Below are positions 17,940-27,368 of a DNA stretch of 64,000 bases, in pieces. The translations under genes were made by a program, and so were the position numbers. The stretch is from a virus. Taxonomy: Duplodnaviria; Caudoviricetes. The notes beneath the pieces are model-generated. The model was given only the letters and a program-made list of their open reading frames with translations, had not been told where the DNA came from and did no database searches. Within the stretch, counting starts at the first letter, position 1; each line of letters opens with the position of its first letter. Location: positions 1-64,000 of IMG/VR virus record IMGVR_UViG_3300022899_000001; one strand, written 5' to 3'.

Positions 17940-18898
17940 ATGATCCACGGCAACCAACTTTGGTTTGTCAAACCAGTGGATTGCCAAAGACTGTTATTCG
18001 ATTTATCCCGGTAGAACTGGTCTATGCAATCCGGTGTCCGAACTCCAAGCGGTGATCCGAAACCAGAAATGTTCTTGCAGGCCGGCGTCGCTGGCGTGAT
18101 CGGAACGACTGCCGCTGTCGTTGACGTTGAGGTTGAAGTGGACACCGACATATCGCTTTGCTCGCAATCGCTGATAAGCAGCAGAACAGGCTTGTCCACT
18201 CCCAGCGCCAGAAGGTTCTGAGCAGCGACGGTGAACACGGTCAATAAATCCGTCTTTAGGTTGGTTTGCGCAATGGCGGCAATGGCGGCAAGAATCTCAA
18301 CAGTGTCCTGTGATTGTGCCAGCAATTCAGTCAGCACATTTGAGATGGTCAACACTCCAACGGTGTCCTTCGGGCTGCCGTTTGCCTCTGCAATCGTTCC
18401 ACCGTAGCTCGACGCGACCGCCTTGGCGTAGTTCAGACGCGAACCGTATCCAGCGAAGTTGCCAAGGCTCATGGAATACGAGTTGTCCACCACGATAGCC
18501 GTTGCCACAATGACATCATCGCAGCACGTTGCTTCCTCCTGTATCGTGAGCGTTGCGCTGACTGTGCGCGTTCCGTAAGTCGCTGTGATGATGGCTATAC
18601 CAGCTGCCATCGCGGTTCCACTTCCACTATTTACGCCGATGGCAAACACAGATGGATCGGAACTCGTGAAGCTCAACCCGTCCGTCAGTTCTGTTTCAGC
18701 CCCGTTGACAAGCTCGAACACACTGAAGATAACAGAGTCGAGAACGCACAATGTCAGCACTCCCGGCTTGATGATGAGCGATCCAGCAGCGCAGATGTCT
18801 GGATGTTGAAGGCTGAAAGTAGAGTCTTGGCATCGGCTATCGGGCGCAGTCGGTGCCTGAATTACACACGGTGCAATTGTTGTTCGGTCGTAGATCAT
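17936..18898 (-). CDS. Ig-like (Big_2) plus von Willebrand factor A domain protein
   Basis: SFTSSDPSVFAI...G.A.ITATYG (Big_2); IVVDNSYSM MIDAS DxSxS; LLLISD; start MIYDR at 18898 overlapping the upstream stop. Confidence 0.7.
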   Translation of the reverse strand: MIYDRTTIAPCVIQAPTAPDSRCQDSTFSLQHPDICAAGSLIIKPGVLTLCVLDSVIFSVFELVNGAETELTDGLSFTSSDPSVFAIGVNSGSGTAMAAGIAIITATYGTRTVSATLTIQEEATCCDDVIVATAIVVDNSYSMSLGNFAGYGSRLNYAKAVASSYGGTIAEANGSPKDTVGVLTISNVLTELLAQSQDTVEILAAIAAIAQTNLKTDLLTVFTVAAQNLLALGVDKPVLLLISDCEQSDMSVSTSTSTSTTAAVVPITPATPACKNISGFGSPLGVRTPDCIDQFYRDKSNNSLWQSTGLTNQSWLPWII

Positions 18899-20643
18899 CA
18901 GATGTTGTATGTCACCGATGTATTGTTGGTTCCGAAGAACTGATTGCACCAACCAGGGGTGTTCATCTGTGCGTTTCCGTATTGCGATCCGTAAGCCAAG
19001 GCTGCGGCGTTCGCCAATTGCTGTGTGGATTCCCACCGCCTGCCAACGCCGACGTTTACCGTAACGCTAACGGTGAAGATGTGAGGAGTTCCAAGAATGA
19101 TGCGAATACATTGTTTCGCCAAGCCGGTGACTTGTTGCTGGGTATTTGGAAATAAAACCGGAGGCGCGGCATCGCACGTCGTTGCCAGCTTTGCGAGTCG
19201 CAATGCTTCAGCGTAGGCATCTGCGTTGGCAAGCGATTGAGAAATGTTGCTGTACGTGTGGGCGGCGATTGTCGCCGTACCATCCGCTCCTGTTTGAACC
19301 TCTCCAACAGCGCAATGATAGGTCGCCGTCTGCTCTTTATTCCAGAACGTGCAAACCAGTTGTTCCGCTGCCAAGGCGTCTGCTGCCGCCTGTGCTATAC
19401 CATCGGCTGTCGCTTGGTCAACCGTTGACGTTGCATAGCCAGCCGGCAACGAAGCCGTCGTGCTCGGTCCTTCCGCTGCCGGCGTGCCATCTGATTTCGG
19501 GCCGGGACAACTGGCATGGCCAATCACAGCCACGCTCGAATACAGCACTGGCGGCGTGACGCAAACCAATCGCGCCGTGGCTTCGTTGAAGGCGTCGAGT
19601 GAAGCGCGGGAGTTGGCATCATCCACGGACACATTGCTGCCAACCGATCCAATCTCTCTGACAACAGTAACAGCATTCCCTGTCTGGCCAACTGGACAAG
19701 TCGCTGTGCGTTCCGCCCGCACGTTGTTCCAGTACGCGTATTCGTTGCTAGGGCCGAAGCCACGCGCTGCCGACGCAGAATTGCCAGCCTGACGGCATTG
19801 CACCGACTCGGTTTCGCGGCGGCATTCGTCAATCAAATCCTGCAAGGCGCCCCATTGGCCAAGGTCGGGATTGCCATACTGCGCCTTCATCTCGGCGAGC
19901 TTGGTCGGATTGTCCTCGTAGGAGATGTAGTGTTGGATGGCAACGTTGAGGCGTAATGCCTGCAATACCTTGGGATCATCGTCCACGAAATCGGGGTCAT
20001 TCCATTTGCGCTTGATGCCATTTGAAACCACAACCAACGACTCCGTGCTTTCAATGTATGGAGCGATGTAGAGGCGACCGCGATAAATAGCGAAGCGACC
20101 ACCTGGAGAGCGACCACCTGCGTTGGTTGAAGCCTGCGGATAATGCCGTCCGTCAGGAAGGATTGGCATAGATTCCAAACCTTCATCCGTTGGTTGTGGA
20201 TAACTGCGTTTGATGCGATAAGCACCCCACCACATCGCTGCAAGCGAATCGGCCACGCTCAGAATCGTTGTGTCTGGCAGGCGTTGGCAGAGGCGGTAGA
20301 ACCGCTCCATCTCACAGTATGGAATTGGGTGATAGAAAATCTTTGAGCACCAATCGTCACTGACGGTAGCCGATTCAAGTCCAGTCGCGGGATCAATCTT
20401 GTCTATGGTGTAAACCTCGACGATCTCCCCGCGTGGCGCCGGGATAACCGTCAGGCCGCACTCGAAGTAACTGGCGCAATGCGGGTAAACATCCTTGTTG
20501 CCGAAGCGATAGCAGGGCACGGCTCGCTGCAAGTCGTACATTGCCTGCTGGAAGAAATTGTTGTGGGCAGCGACAAGATTTTCGGCTTCATCCTGAAACC
20601 ATAGCTCATCTCGCAGTTGCGTTTTAAGCTCAAGAAAATTCAC
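18898..20643 (-). CDS. Putative head-tail adaptor fused to DUF5977-like repeats
   Basis: MNFLELKTQLRDEL adaptor-type N-terminus; three S..SQ..A...A...A...C repeats; position after the capsid gene. Confidence 0.55.
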   Translation of the reverse strand: MNFLELKTQLRDELWFQDEAENLVAAHNNFFQQAMYDLQRAVPCYRFGNKDVYPHCASYFECGLTVIPAPRGEIVEVYTIDKIDPATGLESATVSDDWCSKIFYHPIPYCEMERFYRLCQRLPDTTILSVADSLAAMWWGAYRIKRSYPQPTDEGLESMPILPDGRHYPQASTNAGGRSPGGRFAIYRGRLYIAPYIESTESLVVVSNGIKRKWNDPDFVDDDPKVLQALRLNVAIQHYISYEDNPTKLAEMKAQYGNPDLGQWGALQDLIDECRRETESVQCRQAGNSASAARGFGPSNEYAYWNNVRAERTATCPVGQTGNAVTVVREIGSVGSNVSVDDANSRASLDAFNEATARLVCVTPPVLYSSVAVIGHASCPGPKSDGTPAAEGPSTTASLPAGYATSTVDQATADGIAQAAADALAAEQLVCTFWNKEQTATYHCAVGEVQTGADGTATIAAHTYSNISQSLANADAYAEALRLAKLATTCDAAPPVLFPNTQQQVTGLAKQCIRIILGTPHIFTVSVTVNVGVGRRWESTQQLANAAALAYGSQYGNAQMNTPGWCNQFFGTNNTSVTYNI

Positions 20644-20648
20644 GCACG

Positions 20649-21140
20649 TTATTGCTCCGCGAGAGACTTTTCCTTGGCGGTGAGATCAGAAAGTTTCCCA
20701 CGCTTGGCCTTCCTGCGGGCAGGAGACTCGCCTTCCTTGCCTTCAGTGGCTTCCAGCGCAGGCGCAGGCGGTGGCGCGACGGGCGCAGGCGCAGGCGTCG
20801 GTTTAGCAGGCGCCACAACCACGCTTGATGGTGGCGAACGAAACTGGGGAGTTAGCTTTTCTGGATCGTGCAACCGGATTGGCGGCATTACTTCGTAGGG
20901 CGGTGGTGACTTGGCCGAGTTCGTGTTTTTTTTTAGGATGTCGTACATCTCGGCTGAGATGCGGCGGATGCCATTGCGCTTAGCGTCCGCTTCCTTGTCA
21001 AGCAAGGCTATCAAAGCCGCGTCCTTCGTTTCATCCAGATTGCGAACGCCCTGATTTCGGCCAGACAACTCCCACGGCACGGCGTTGCCATTGGCTTGCT
21101 TGATTGGGTGATTTATTTGTTCTTTGAGAAACGCACGCAT
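20649..21140 (-). CDS. Hypothetical protein with Pro/Ala-rich linker and basic tail
   Basis: Operon position; biased composition. Confidence 0.6.
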   Translation of the reverse strand: MRAFLKEQINHPIKQANGNAVPWELSGRNQGVRNLDETKDAALIALLDKEADAKRNGIRRISAEMYDILKKNTNSAKSPPPYEVMPPIRLHDPEKLTPQFRSPPSSVVVAPAKPTPAPAPVAPPPAPALEATEGKEGESPARRKAKRGKLSDLTAKEKSLAEQ

Positions 21141-21159
21141 AATTCAATGGCTCTTTCGC

Positions 21160-21199
21160 TTTGAGAAACGCCGGTGCGCAAGCCTTTTACGCACCGGCG
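21160..21199 (-). terminator. Probable attenuating terminator hairpin after the capsid gene
   Basis: 10-bp stem CGCCGGTGCG (21169-78) / CGCACCGGCG (21190-99) followed by TTTCTC on the minus strand; U-tract is short. Confidence 0.55.
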
Positions 21200-21231
21200 C
21201 TCTAACCAATCAACTCCTACTCCACACTGAA

Positions 21232-22929
21232 TCAGTAAGTGTAAGTCGAGGTCGTGCTAAGATAATCGGGCCGATCATTGTCGGACTCGTTGCTGTCGGG
21301 AATGGTGTTGGCCAGATTCCAGATGAGCAGGTTCGCTTCCGGGCAATCCACGATGTTCGTGTAGGTCAGGCCGCGCTGTTCGACTTCCCGCGTGGCGGTG
21401 TCCTCAACGCATTGATACGTCGGGTCAACCCGCTGCAAATCCTCCAGCTTGCCGCTGGTGGAAGTCTGCCGCGTGCTTTCCACAACGCCCATCGCGAGGC
21501 CGGTCATGTCGAGCAACCAAATGGCGCGACCGCCCGCCGAAAGAGAGGAATCAGCTTCCTCGGTCGCATATTCCTGCCACATGGCGAGGTAGTCGTCCAA
21601 GCTGAAGTGAGTCATCACGTTCAAGGTGATGCCGATGCCTTTGCCGACGAGCCGATAGCGTTTGAAATGGAAACCAAGATTGTCGCCTTCGGCCATCATG
21701 TTGATCTGAAGCGTGCTTTCGGAGTACGCCTTGAACAGTTTGATGAAGCCGCGATCAATGATGCCCGCCGTCTCGCGGTCGGTGAACAAATCGAACTGCG
21801 AAGCCGCCGATGAGCCGACGCCCGCCCGCACACGCGAGAGGATGTAGATGGCGTCAATCAGACTCCACAAATCCAATGCGGCGCCTTGCGCGTCATAGAC
21901 TCGGTTGCAACGCTGAAGGATTTCGATGATGCCAAGCGCGTTGGCTTTGTAGCCGTCGCAGGTGCCGCCGGCATAGCCCAATCCGATTTCACCAATGAAG
22001 CGAGTCACTTGCGGAAGGCTGCGGTAATCGTTGACGTTCTGGTTCGCGCTGATGGGTTTGCCCCACAGGAAATTCTCGAACACCTTGTTCATCCACGCCT
22101 GAAGCTTCTGCGCGTTGGATTCGGCTTCCGACTGCGCAAACAACTTCTTGTACATCGGATTGTTTTCCGTGATGGCCTTGCGCCATTCCCGGACGACGGA
22201 CGAGTTGCACAAAGTCGTCTTGGTGTGCTCAATCCAGAACGGAACAAGGTTGGTATTGAGGTAACTCGGCTCCGCGTCGCAGTAAGCTTCGCTGCGGGCG
22301 ATGTTCGCCGGGCCACGGGTCAACCGGCCTGTCGTCGGGTCCTCAACGTCGAAGGCAGAACCGTCATTCTGCGGCGTCAGGACGAGATCAATGGAGTTGC
22401 CATCGAGCGTGCTGGAAACCACCACGCCCTGCCAGAGATTGAGAGAACCACCAGCGGTCTTGCTCTTGATGAACACGCGCTCGCCAGCGGTGAAGCTCGC
22501 GGCGTTGGCCGGGATGCCACTGGTCGAAGTAACGGTGACGGCCCAATTCTCACCAGATGCCGTGCCGCCCGTGACCTTCCAGTAGTTGTTGTTGATCGGG
22601 CGCTTTTGCTCCGCGAGGATGAACGGCTTGATCTTGCTCACCCCTTTGTAAAGCGAGTCGGGCTGGATGTTCTTGCGAACAGGCCGCAGGTTGGCCATGA
22701 AGAAATCGCGCAGCGGATGCTCCACCATGCCGCACGCCTTCAACTCCATCGAAGTCATCAGCATCGCCCCGAGTACACGATATTCCCCGTCGAGCTTGTA
22801 AATCGAGTCCAAGTCGGAGGCGGTTTCCGGCTTGGCGTTTACACAGAGGGATGTGGTTCCGCACGTCGCGATGTCGGAACGAATCGCCGGGGAACATTGC
22901 TTGTAGATGTCGGTCGTTGCGAATGCCAT
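21232..22929 (-). CDS. Putative major capsid protein
   Basis: 565 aa directly downstream of the scaffold-like gene and followed by a terminator hairpin; call rests on synteny. Confidence 0.6.
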   Translation of the reverse strand: MAFATTDIYKQCSPAIRSDIATCGTTSLCVNAKPETASDLDSIYKLDGEYRVLGAMLMTSMELKACGMVEHPLRDFFMANLRPVRKNIQPDSLYKGVSKIKPFILAEQKRPINNNYWKVTGGTASGENWAVTVTSTSGIPANAASFTAGERVFIKSKTAGGSLNLWQGVVVSSTLDGNSIDLVLTPQNDGSAFDVEDPTTGRLTRGPANIARSEAYCDAEPSYLNTNLVPFWIEHTKTTLCNSSVVREWRKAITENNPMYKKLFAQSEAESNAQKLQAWMNKVFENFLWGKPISANQNVNDYRSLPQVTRFIGEIGLGYAGGTCDGYKANALGIIEILQRCNRVYDAQGAALDLWSLIDAIYILSRVRAGVGSSAASQFDLFTDRETAGIIDRGFIKLFKAYSESTLQINMMAEGDNLGFHFKRYRLVGKGIGITLNVMTHFSLDDYLAMWQEYATEEADSSLSAGGRAIWLLDMTGLAMGVVESTRQTSTSGKLEDLQRVDPTYQCVEDTATREVEQRGLTYTNIVDCPEANLLIWNLANTIPDSNESDNDRPDYLSTTSTYTY

Positions 22930-22930
22930 A

Positions 22931-22980
22931 TTTTGCTGCCTGACAGGGCGGGTTCATCCGCGCCGCTGTCGGCAACAAAA
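22931..22980 (-). promoter_or_regulatory. Long imperfect hairpin filling the scaffold-capsid intergenic region
   Basis: TTTTG/CAAAA, TGCC/GGCA, GACAG/CTGTC, GGCG/CGCC pairings end 1 nt before the capsid ATG. Confidence 0.5.
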
Positions 22981-22983
22981 TTG

Positions 22984-24405
22984 TCAACGCAACCAGTCGT
23001 TCAAGAAAGAGTCAGTCTTGTTTTTCTGAGGCTCGTCTTTATTACCGGCAGCGTGCGCAGACATTGGCGCCACGGTTGCCGCAGGAGAATTGACGTGCGG
23101 CCTTTGTTCAGGCGGTGTTTCGGATGGCTTCGCCGGAGCGACAGGCGGTGTTGGAGTGCCGTTCACTTTCTGATAACCACGCGCTTTGGCGATGGCTTCC
23201 CACCGATTTTCTTCGTCAGCGAGACTTTGCTGAGCCAATGCAGCCTGTTCCGCAGCGTACAAAACCGCGAGATCGGTTTCAGACAAACGCCAATAGCGAC
23301 TGCGTTGCGCGGTCGGCAGGCTGTTGTATTCGTCGGCGGTGATGAACACTGTCCCGGCAGCGTCGGCGCGATTCAATTTCTTGGCCAGTTCCGCCTGTTC
23401 CGCAGGTGCCATGCCTTTGACCGTCTGTTGCTGGCGTTCCGCGAAGTCGGCGATGAAGCGGTGCTTCGGATTCTTGTCGTCGAACGATTCCAAACCGTTC
23501 GTGAGTTTGTGCAGGTCGGCGGCGAATAACGGCACGGAGTTGGCCATCTGGACCACGACAGCCTTGGTCGGGTCAGCGTCCACGATGCGTTTGAGTTCTG
23601 CTGGGTCAGCCTTGGCGAATTCTTCCCCGGCCATTGCATAGTACGAACGGCGTGCGTGTTCGGCGGCGGCGGCAATCAGCGGTTCGGCGTCCCGGACTTT
23701 CTCCCTGGCTTCGAGTTCGCCAATGCGCTTGGACTCTTTGGTTTCCTTCTTCTCCAATAATTGTTCCGCCTCGATGCGGGCCAGCGTGCGGTTGTAGAAA
23801 TGGTCGTCGAGTTGGACATCGTTCTTTTGGTAAAATGCGTCGTGCTCGCTATCGTCGGGATTGAACGGCTTTCCGGGATTGTCCTTTTCCCATTGCTGCT
23901 GGTAAGTGCCAGCGCGTTGAATGGAGTCGGCAAACTCCTTGGCTTTGCCGGCAAACTTCGTGAACTCCTTTTCCATCCGCTGAATGACGGCGTATTGGTC
24001 GCGTTCGGATTCCGTCATCAAATCGGTTTCGGAAGGCGCTTTCTTTTCGTTGGCCTTCGACAGAGCGGCGGCGGCACCGCGGCCAGAGGCTTCGGCGATC
24101 TTCTCGTAATCCACCGGAGCAGGCTGAGGCGGAAGTGGAGCAGTTGCAGCGGCAGGCTTGCACTTTTTCGGCTTGCCTTCATCCTTGGGCGTGCCTTCGC
24201 CTTCGACGGGAGGCTTCTTGTCCGTCGTCTCAACGTTGTCGGGTTTTTTGTCATCGGGTTTCTTTTCTTCGGCTGGCTTCTTCTCCGGTTTCTTGTCCGT
24301 GCTGCGATGGGTCTGGCCGGAAATCATTTCGTCGAGAAACGAAACGTCGTTATCCAGTTCGGTCTGTGCGCCGGGCTTGGCTTCTAGTGTGGCAGGTTCG
24401 CTCAT
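22984..24405 (-). CDS. Putative scaffolding protein
   Basis: Low-complexity K/E/P N-terminus, helical charged body, between portal and capsid genes. Confidence 0.65.
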   Translation of the reverse strand: MSEPATLEAKPGAQTELDNDVSFLDEMISGQTHRSTDKKPEKKPAEEKKPDDKKPDNVETTDKKPPVEGEGTPKDEGKPKKCKPAAATAPLPPQPAPVDYEKIAEASGRGAAAALSKANEKKAPSETDLMTESERDQYAVIQRMEKEFTKFAGKAKEFADSIQRAGTYQQQWEKDNPGKPFNPDDSEHDAFYQKNDVQLDDHFYNRTLARIEAEQLLEKKETKESKRIGELEAREKVRDAEPLIAAAAEHARRSYYAMAGEEFAKADPAELKRIVDADPTKAVVVQMANSVPLFAADLHKLTNGLESFDDKNPKHRFIADFAERQQQTVKGMAPAEQAELAKKLNRADAAGTVFITADEYNSLPTAQRSRYWRLSETDLAVLYAAEQAALAQQSLADEENRWEAIAKARGYQKVNGTPTPPVAPAKPSETPPEQRPHVNSPAATVAPMSAHAAGNKDEPQKNKTDSFLNDWLR

Positions 24406-24758
24406 AGTGTTATTGGAGTGATTTCAGGGATTGCGGTTGTGAACGGTTGGTTTGGTGGTTGTTGGCGTAACGCGATCAACGTGGAAATCATCTGCTGCAA
24501 CTCGTCAGCTTCTTTGGCGAATCCCTTCGCATTATCTTCATAGGCCGGGTACATGTCGCGTCCAAACCTGCTTGCAGCGCACTTCAATTCCTTCTCGCAC
24601 AGACGCGAGTTCAACACGTCCAGCAACAGGCTGAATTCAGACTGGGCCAGCCATGCTCGGAGCGAGGCTTCCTGTTGGGGCAGTAACGATTGTTGTTTGA
24701 GCTGGAGGTTCAAGTGGTGGTACGAGTGCTCCGTTATTAACCATTGGTTGTGTGACAC
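24402..24758 (-). CDS. Small head-module hypothetical protein (overlaps the portal 3' end)
   Basis: Fills the portal-scaffold gap; stop overlaps the scaffold ATG; start uncertain. Confidence 0.55.
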   Translation of the reverse strand: MSHNQWLITEHSYHHLNLQLKQQSLLPQQEASLRAWLAQSEFSLLLDVLNSRLCEKELKCAASRFGRDMYPAYEDNAKGFAKEADELQQMISTLIALRQQPPNQPFTTAIPEITPITL

Positions 24759-27063
24759 CGCCAGCAGCAGCCACGCTTGAAGCTTGGCTCATCATATCAG
24801 GCGGCTGGATAGGCAACGCAGCTTGAGCGAGCGCCTGAATGCGTTCGACGGCTTTGGCGAGTTCCGCGATTTGCTCGCCTTGCTGGATGATGGCTTTCTG
24901 TTGTTCCAGATTCATCGCCTTTTGTTCGCCGATGGCTTCCGCCGCTGGCTTGGCAATCTGCTCGCCAACGTCCTTGAAGATTGCCGCCTTGATCTGTTCG
25001 ACGGCCTGGACGAGTTGTTGCGATGTCTGCGCGTCTTTGTTGGTTCGGATTTTGAAATCGGCGTCGGCTCCGGCTTTGCGGGCGAGAATCTCCAGTTGTT
25101 CCAGAACGGAAGTCGGGTCGAGAATCTGAGCAACCATAGGATTCTGGTTGATGGCCTGAATCGCCAGATAACCCGCCTGTGCCGTGCGAGCGTCATCCTG
25201 ACGATCCGGCCCCTCGCGTTGCGATACGAAGCCTTCAATTTTAAGATTCTCCGTTTTGCCTTTGACGATGGTTTTCTTGTGGTCCGGCAAATCCTCCACC
25301 TTGTCGAAGCCAAGGTCCTCCAGATGTTTGTCGAGATCAGGAATGTCGGATGAAACCTGCGCGATGAATTCACGCGGCGCGTGCGCCAGCATCGCCTCGT
25401 ACTTCTGCCGCTTCCAAGCGTCAATCGCATCGTCGGTAAACGAAGCAGTGTATTTGAGCCGATTCGTCGTGTTGACGCTTGTGATCTGGACTTCCTTTAC
25501 GGATTGCTGATGCGAAGCCGCTGCACCGATTTCCTGCGGGCTGATGACCAACGTGCGTTCGAGCAGTGAAGTGACGACGTTGATTGTCGCCATCATCTCC
25601 GCCGTGTTGCCCTGCGGGAAGGTGACGGTTTGAAGCGCGTTCTGTCCGGTTGTCACCATGCCTACCCGCGTCTGTGCTGAATCAAACGGGACAATCTGCG
25701 GACCTTGATATTCCCAGTTGTCTTTTTTCTCCAGTGCTTCCATCGCCGACTTGGCGCCTGACCGAACATCGTAAAGCACCAGTTTCCACAGGTTGTGCTT
25801 CGTCGTCAGATGAACCTGCGTCAGCAAATTGCTCAACAAATCCTGCGCCCACAGAATTTCCAGCGCGAGACTGGCGTTCAGTCCACGGTTTTGATCGGAG
25901 TCGTAACCGTCGTAGATGATGGGAGAATAGCTGTACGAATCGGCAAAGATAACGGTGTCGTCTGAAGCGACGGTCAACCCGAACCACACAGGCTTATCGT
26001 AATCGCCCAAGTCCCAATCCTTCGGGACGAGCTTCATAAACAGGTAGGTGACGAACACGCCTTTGTCGTAATCCGTTTCGATGTACTTCGTGGCGATGTC
26101 TTGTCGGTCGGTTTCCGTGCTGGCCTTCGGCATCACGGGAACTTGCTCCGTGCATGGGTAAGCCTGCTTGAAGTAGTTCGCCCATGTCGCGGTTGGCGAT
26201 AGCCAATCAATCTGGCCGTAGCTGATGTCCTCTTTGTTCCAGTAGTCCTTGTTCCGCGCCACGTCGCCGTAGCGCATCATCCCCCAATGCCCACCGAACG
26301 TGCAGCCAGTGTCAGTGTTAAAAGTGTCAGGAGGATATTGCTGGTCCCAGAACTCGCGGGTGATGTGCGGTAGAACATGACGAGTGCCTTGCCGAACCGT
26401 CTTCATCTTCCCATCCTCACCTTCCTGTTCCTCGGTGTACCACGGCTCACGCGGGAACATGAGCGCGACGGAATACATGCAGGAATTGAAGATCATTTGG
26501 CGCAACGAGGAGCGATGCCCCATTGTCACCGTCATCGCCTGCGCCGCATCCGTGACAATCTCACAACGAATTTTGTTCTGCGTCGTGGACTTCAACGGCT
26601 CGTAGGAATGCAGCGGGTTCAGGTTGCGGTCGTTGAAAAGCTTGGCGACGCGGACAGTCAGGTATGCCCGCACGAGCGGCACTGTCACGGGCACAAAAGC
26701 GGGAGCGTTGAGTTCGTAAAGGTCGGTGCCGTTCGGCCCCGCGCCCGGTTTGCAGCAAAACACTTCGCGCTCGTTCAGCTTCCATGACTTGACTGTTTCA
26801 CGGATTTGCGCGGCTGTGCCTTCGCCGCCCATGATGGCGCGGAGAATCGTCGGTGTGATCTGGTTGAAAGGCGCGTCGTAGGCGAGGTCAACCGCCGCCC
26901 ACATTCGGTGGTCTTTGAGCGAACGCTTGCGCCCATCGGTTACGCGGTCGCGGATGAGGTCGAGAAGCTTTTTGACACCGGGCTTCTTGGTTTTTGCCTC
27001 AAACAGAGGCTTCAAGCTGGCAGAGTCGAGCTTGTGTGCGGTAAGTGTCTTTTGAGAAATCAC
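24637..27063 (-). CDS. Putative portal protein (P22-like size)
   Basis: ~808 aa with Q/A/P-rich C-tail, upstream of scaffold; GTG 27063 overlaps the upstream stop (GTGA). Confidence 0.65.
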   Translation of the reverse strand: MISQKTLTAHKLDSASLKPLFEAKTKKPGVKKLLDLIRDRVTDGRKRSLKDHRMWAAVDLAYDAPFNQITPTILRAIMGGEGTAAQIRETVKSWKLNEREVFCCKPGAGPNGTDLYELNAPAFVPVTVPLVRAYLTVRVAKLFNDRNLNPLHSYEPLKSTTQNKIRCEIVTDAAQAMTVTMGHRSSLRQMIFNSCMYSVALMFPREPWYTEEQEGEDGKMKTVRQGTRHVLPHITREFWDQQYPPDTFNTDTGCTFGGHWGMMRYGDVARNKDYWNKEDISYGQIDWLSPTATWANYFKQAYPCTEQVPVMPKASTETDRQDIATKYIETDYDKGVFVTYLFMKLVPKDWDLGDYDKPVWFGLTVASDDTVIFADSYSYSPIIYDGYDSDQNRGLNASLALEILWAQDLLSNLLTQVHLTTKHNLWKLVLYDVRSGAKSAMEALEKKDNWEYQGPQIVPFDSAQTRVGMVTTGQNALQTVTFPQGNTAEMMATINVVTSLLERTLVISPQEIGAAASHQQSVKEVQITSVNTTNRLKYTASFTDDAIDAWKRQKYEAMLAHAPREFIAQVSSDIPDLDKHLEDLGFDKVEDLPDHKKTIVKGKTENLKIEGFVSQREGPDRQDDARTAQAGYLAIQAINQNPMVAQILDPTSVLEQLEILARKAGADADFKIRTNKDAQTSQQLVQAVEQIKAAIFKDVGEQIAKPAAEAIGEQKAMNLEQQKAIIQQGEQIAELAKAVERIQALAQAALPIQPPDMMSQASSVAAAGGVTQPMVNNGALVPPLEPPAQTTIVTAPTGSLAPSMAGPV

Positions 27064-27290
27064 TTGGCGGGCTTGGCGATCAGTAGTGCGATGCCGGGAG
27101 ATTTCTTCGCAGCGTATTCCGGTTCGGCTTCCTCTGATGCGGCTGGTTCTTCGGGCACTTCCTCCGCATTGGTCGCCGTGAACTTCATCGGTGCATCCTG
27201 AGTGACGGTGAACTGGTATTCCGAGCCGTCTTCCCATGATTTTATAGCGGAAATCAGGTCCGGGTCGGTGACGGTGATCGTGACATTCAT
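27060..27290 (-). CDS. Small acidic hypothetical protein, first gene of the head operon
   Basis: 76 aa, coupled to the portal. Confidence 0.6.
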   Translation of the reverse strand: MNVTITVTDPDLISAIKSWEDGSEYQFTVTQDAPMKFTATNAEEVPEEPAASEEAEPEYAAKKSPGIALLIAKPAK

Positions 27291-27368
27291 GGCATTAGAA
27301 AGTTGGCTGTGGTAAACAGTCTCAGGAAGTGGTAACGCTAATGCAGTGCTGAGTCAACCTATTCCTGA

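Noticed and set aside
21124-24387. Long plus-strand ORFs (21124-21813, 21886-23529, 23761-24387) opposite capsid and scaffold genes
   Set aside because: Antisense shadows of GC-rich coding sequence with no recognisable motifs; the same applies to most nested ORFs in the track.
27060-27290. Terminase small subunit
   Set aside because: No HTH or oligomerisation signature, and it is transcribed away from terL; left as hypothetical.
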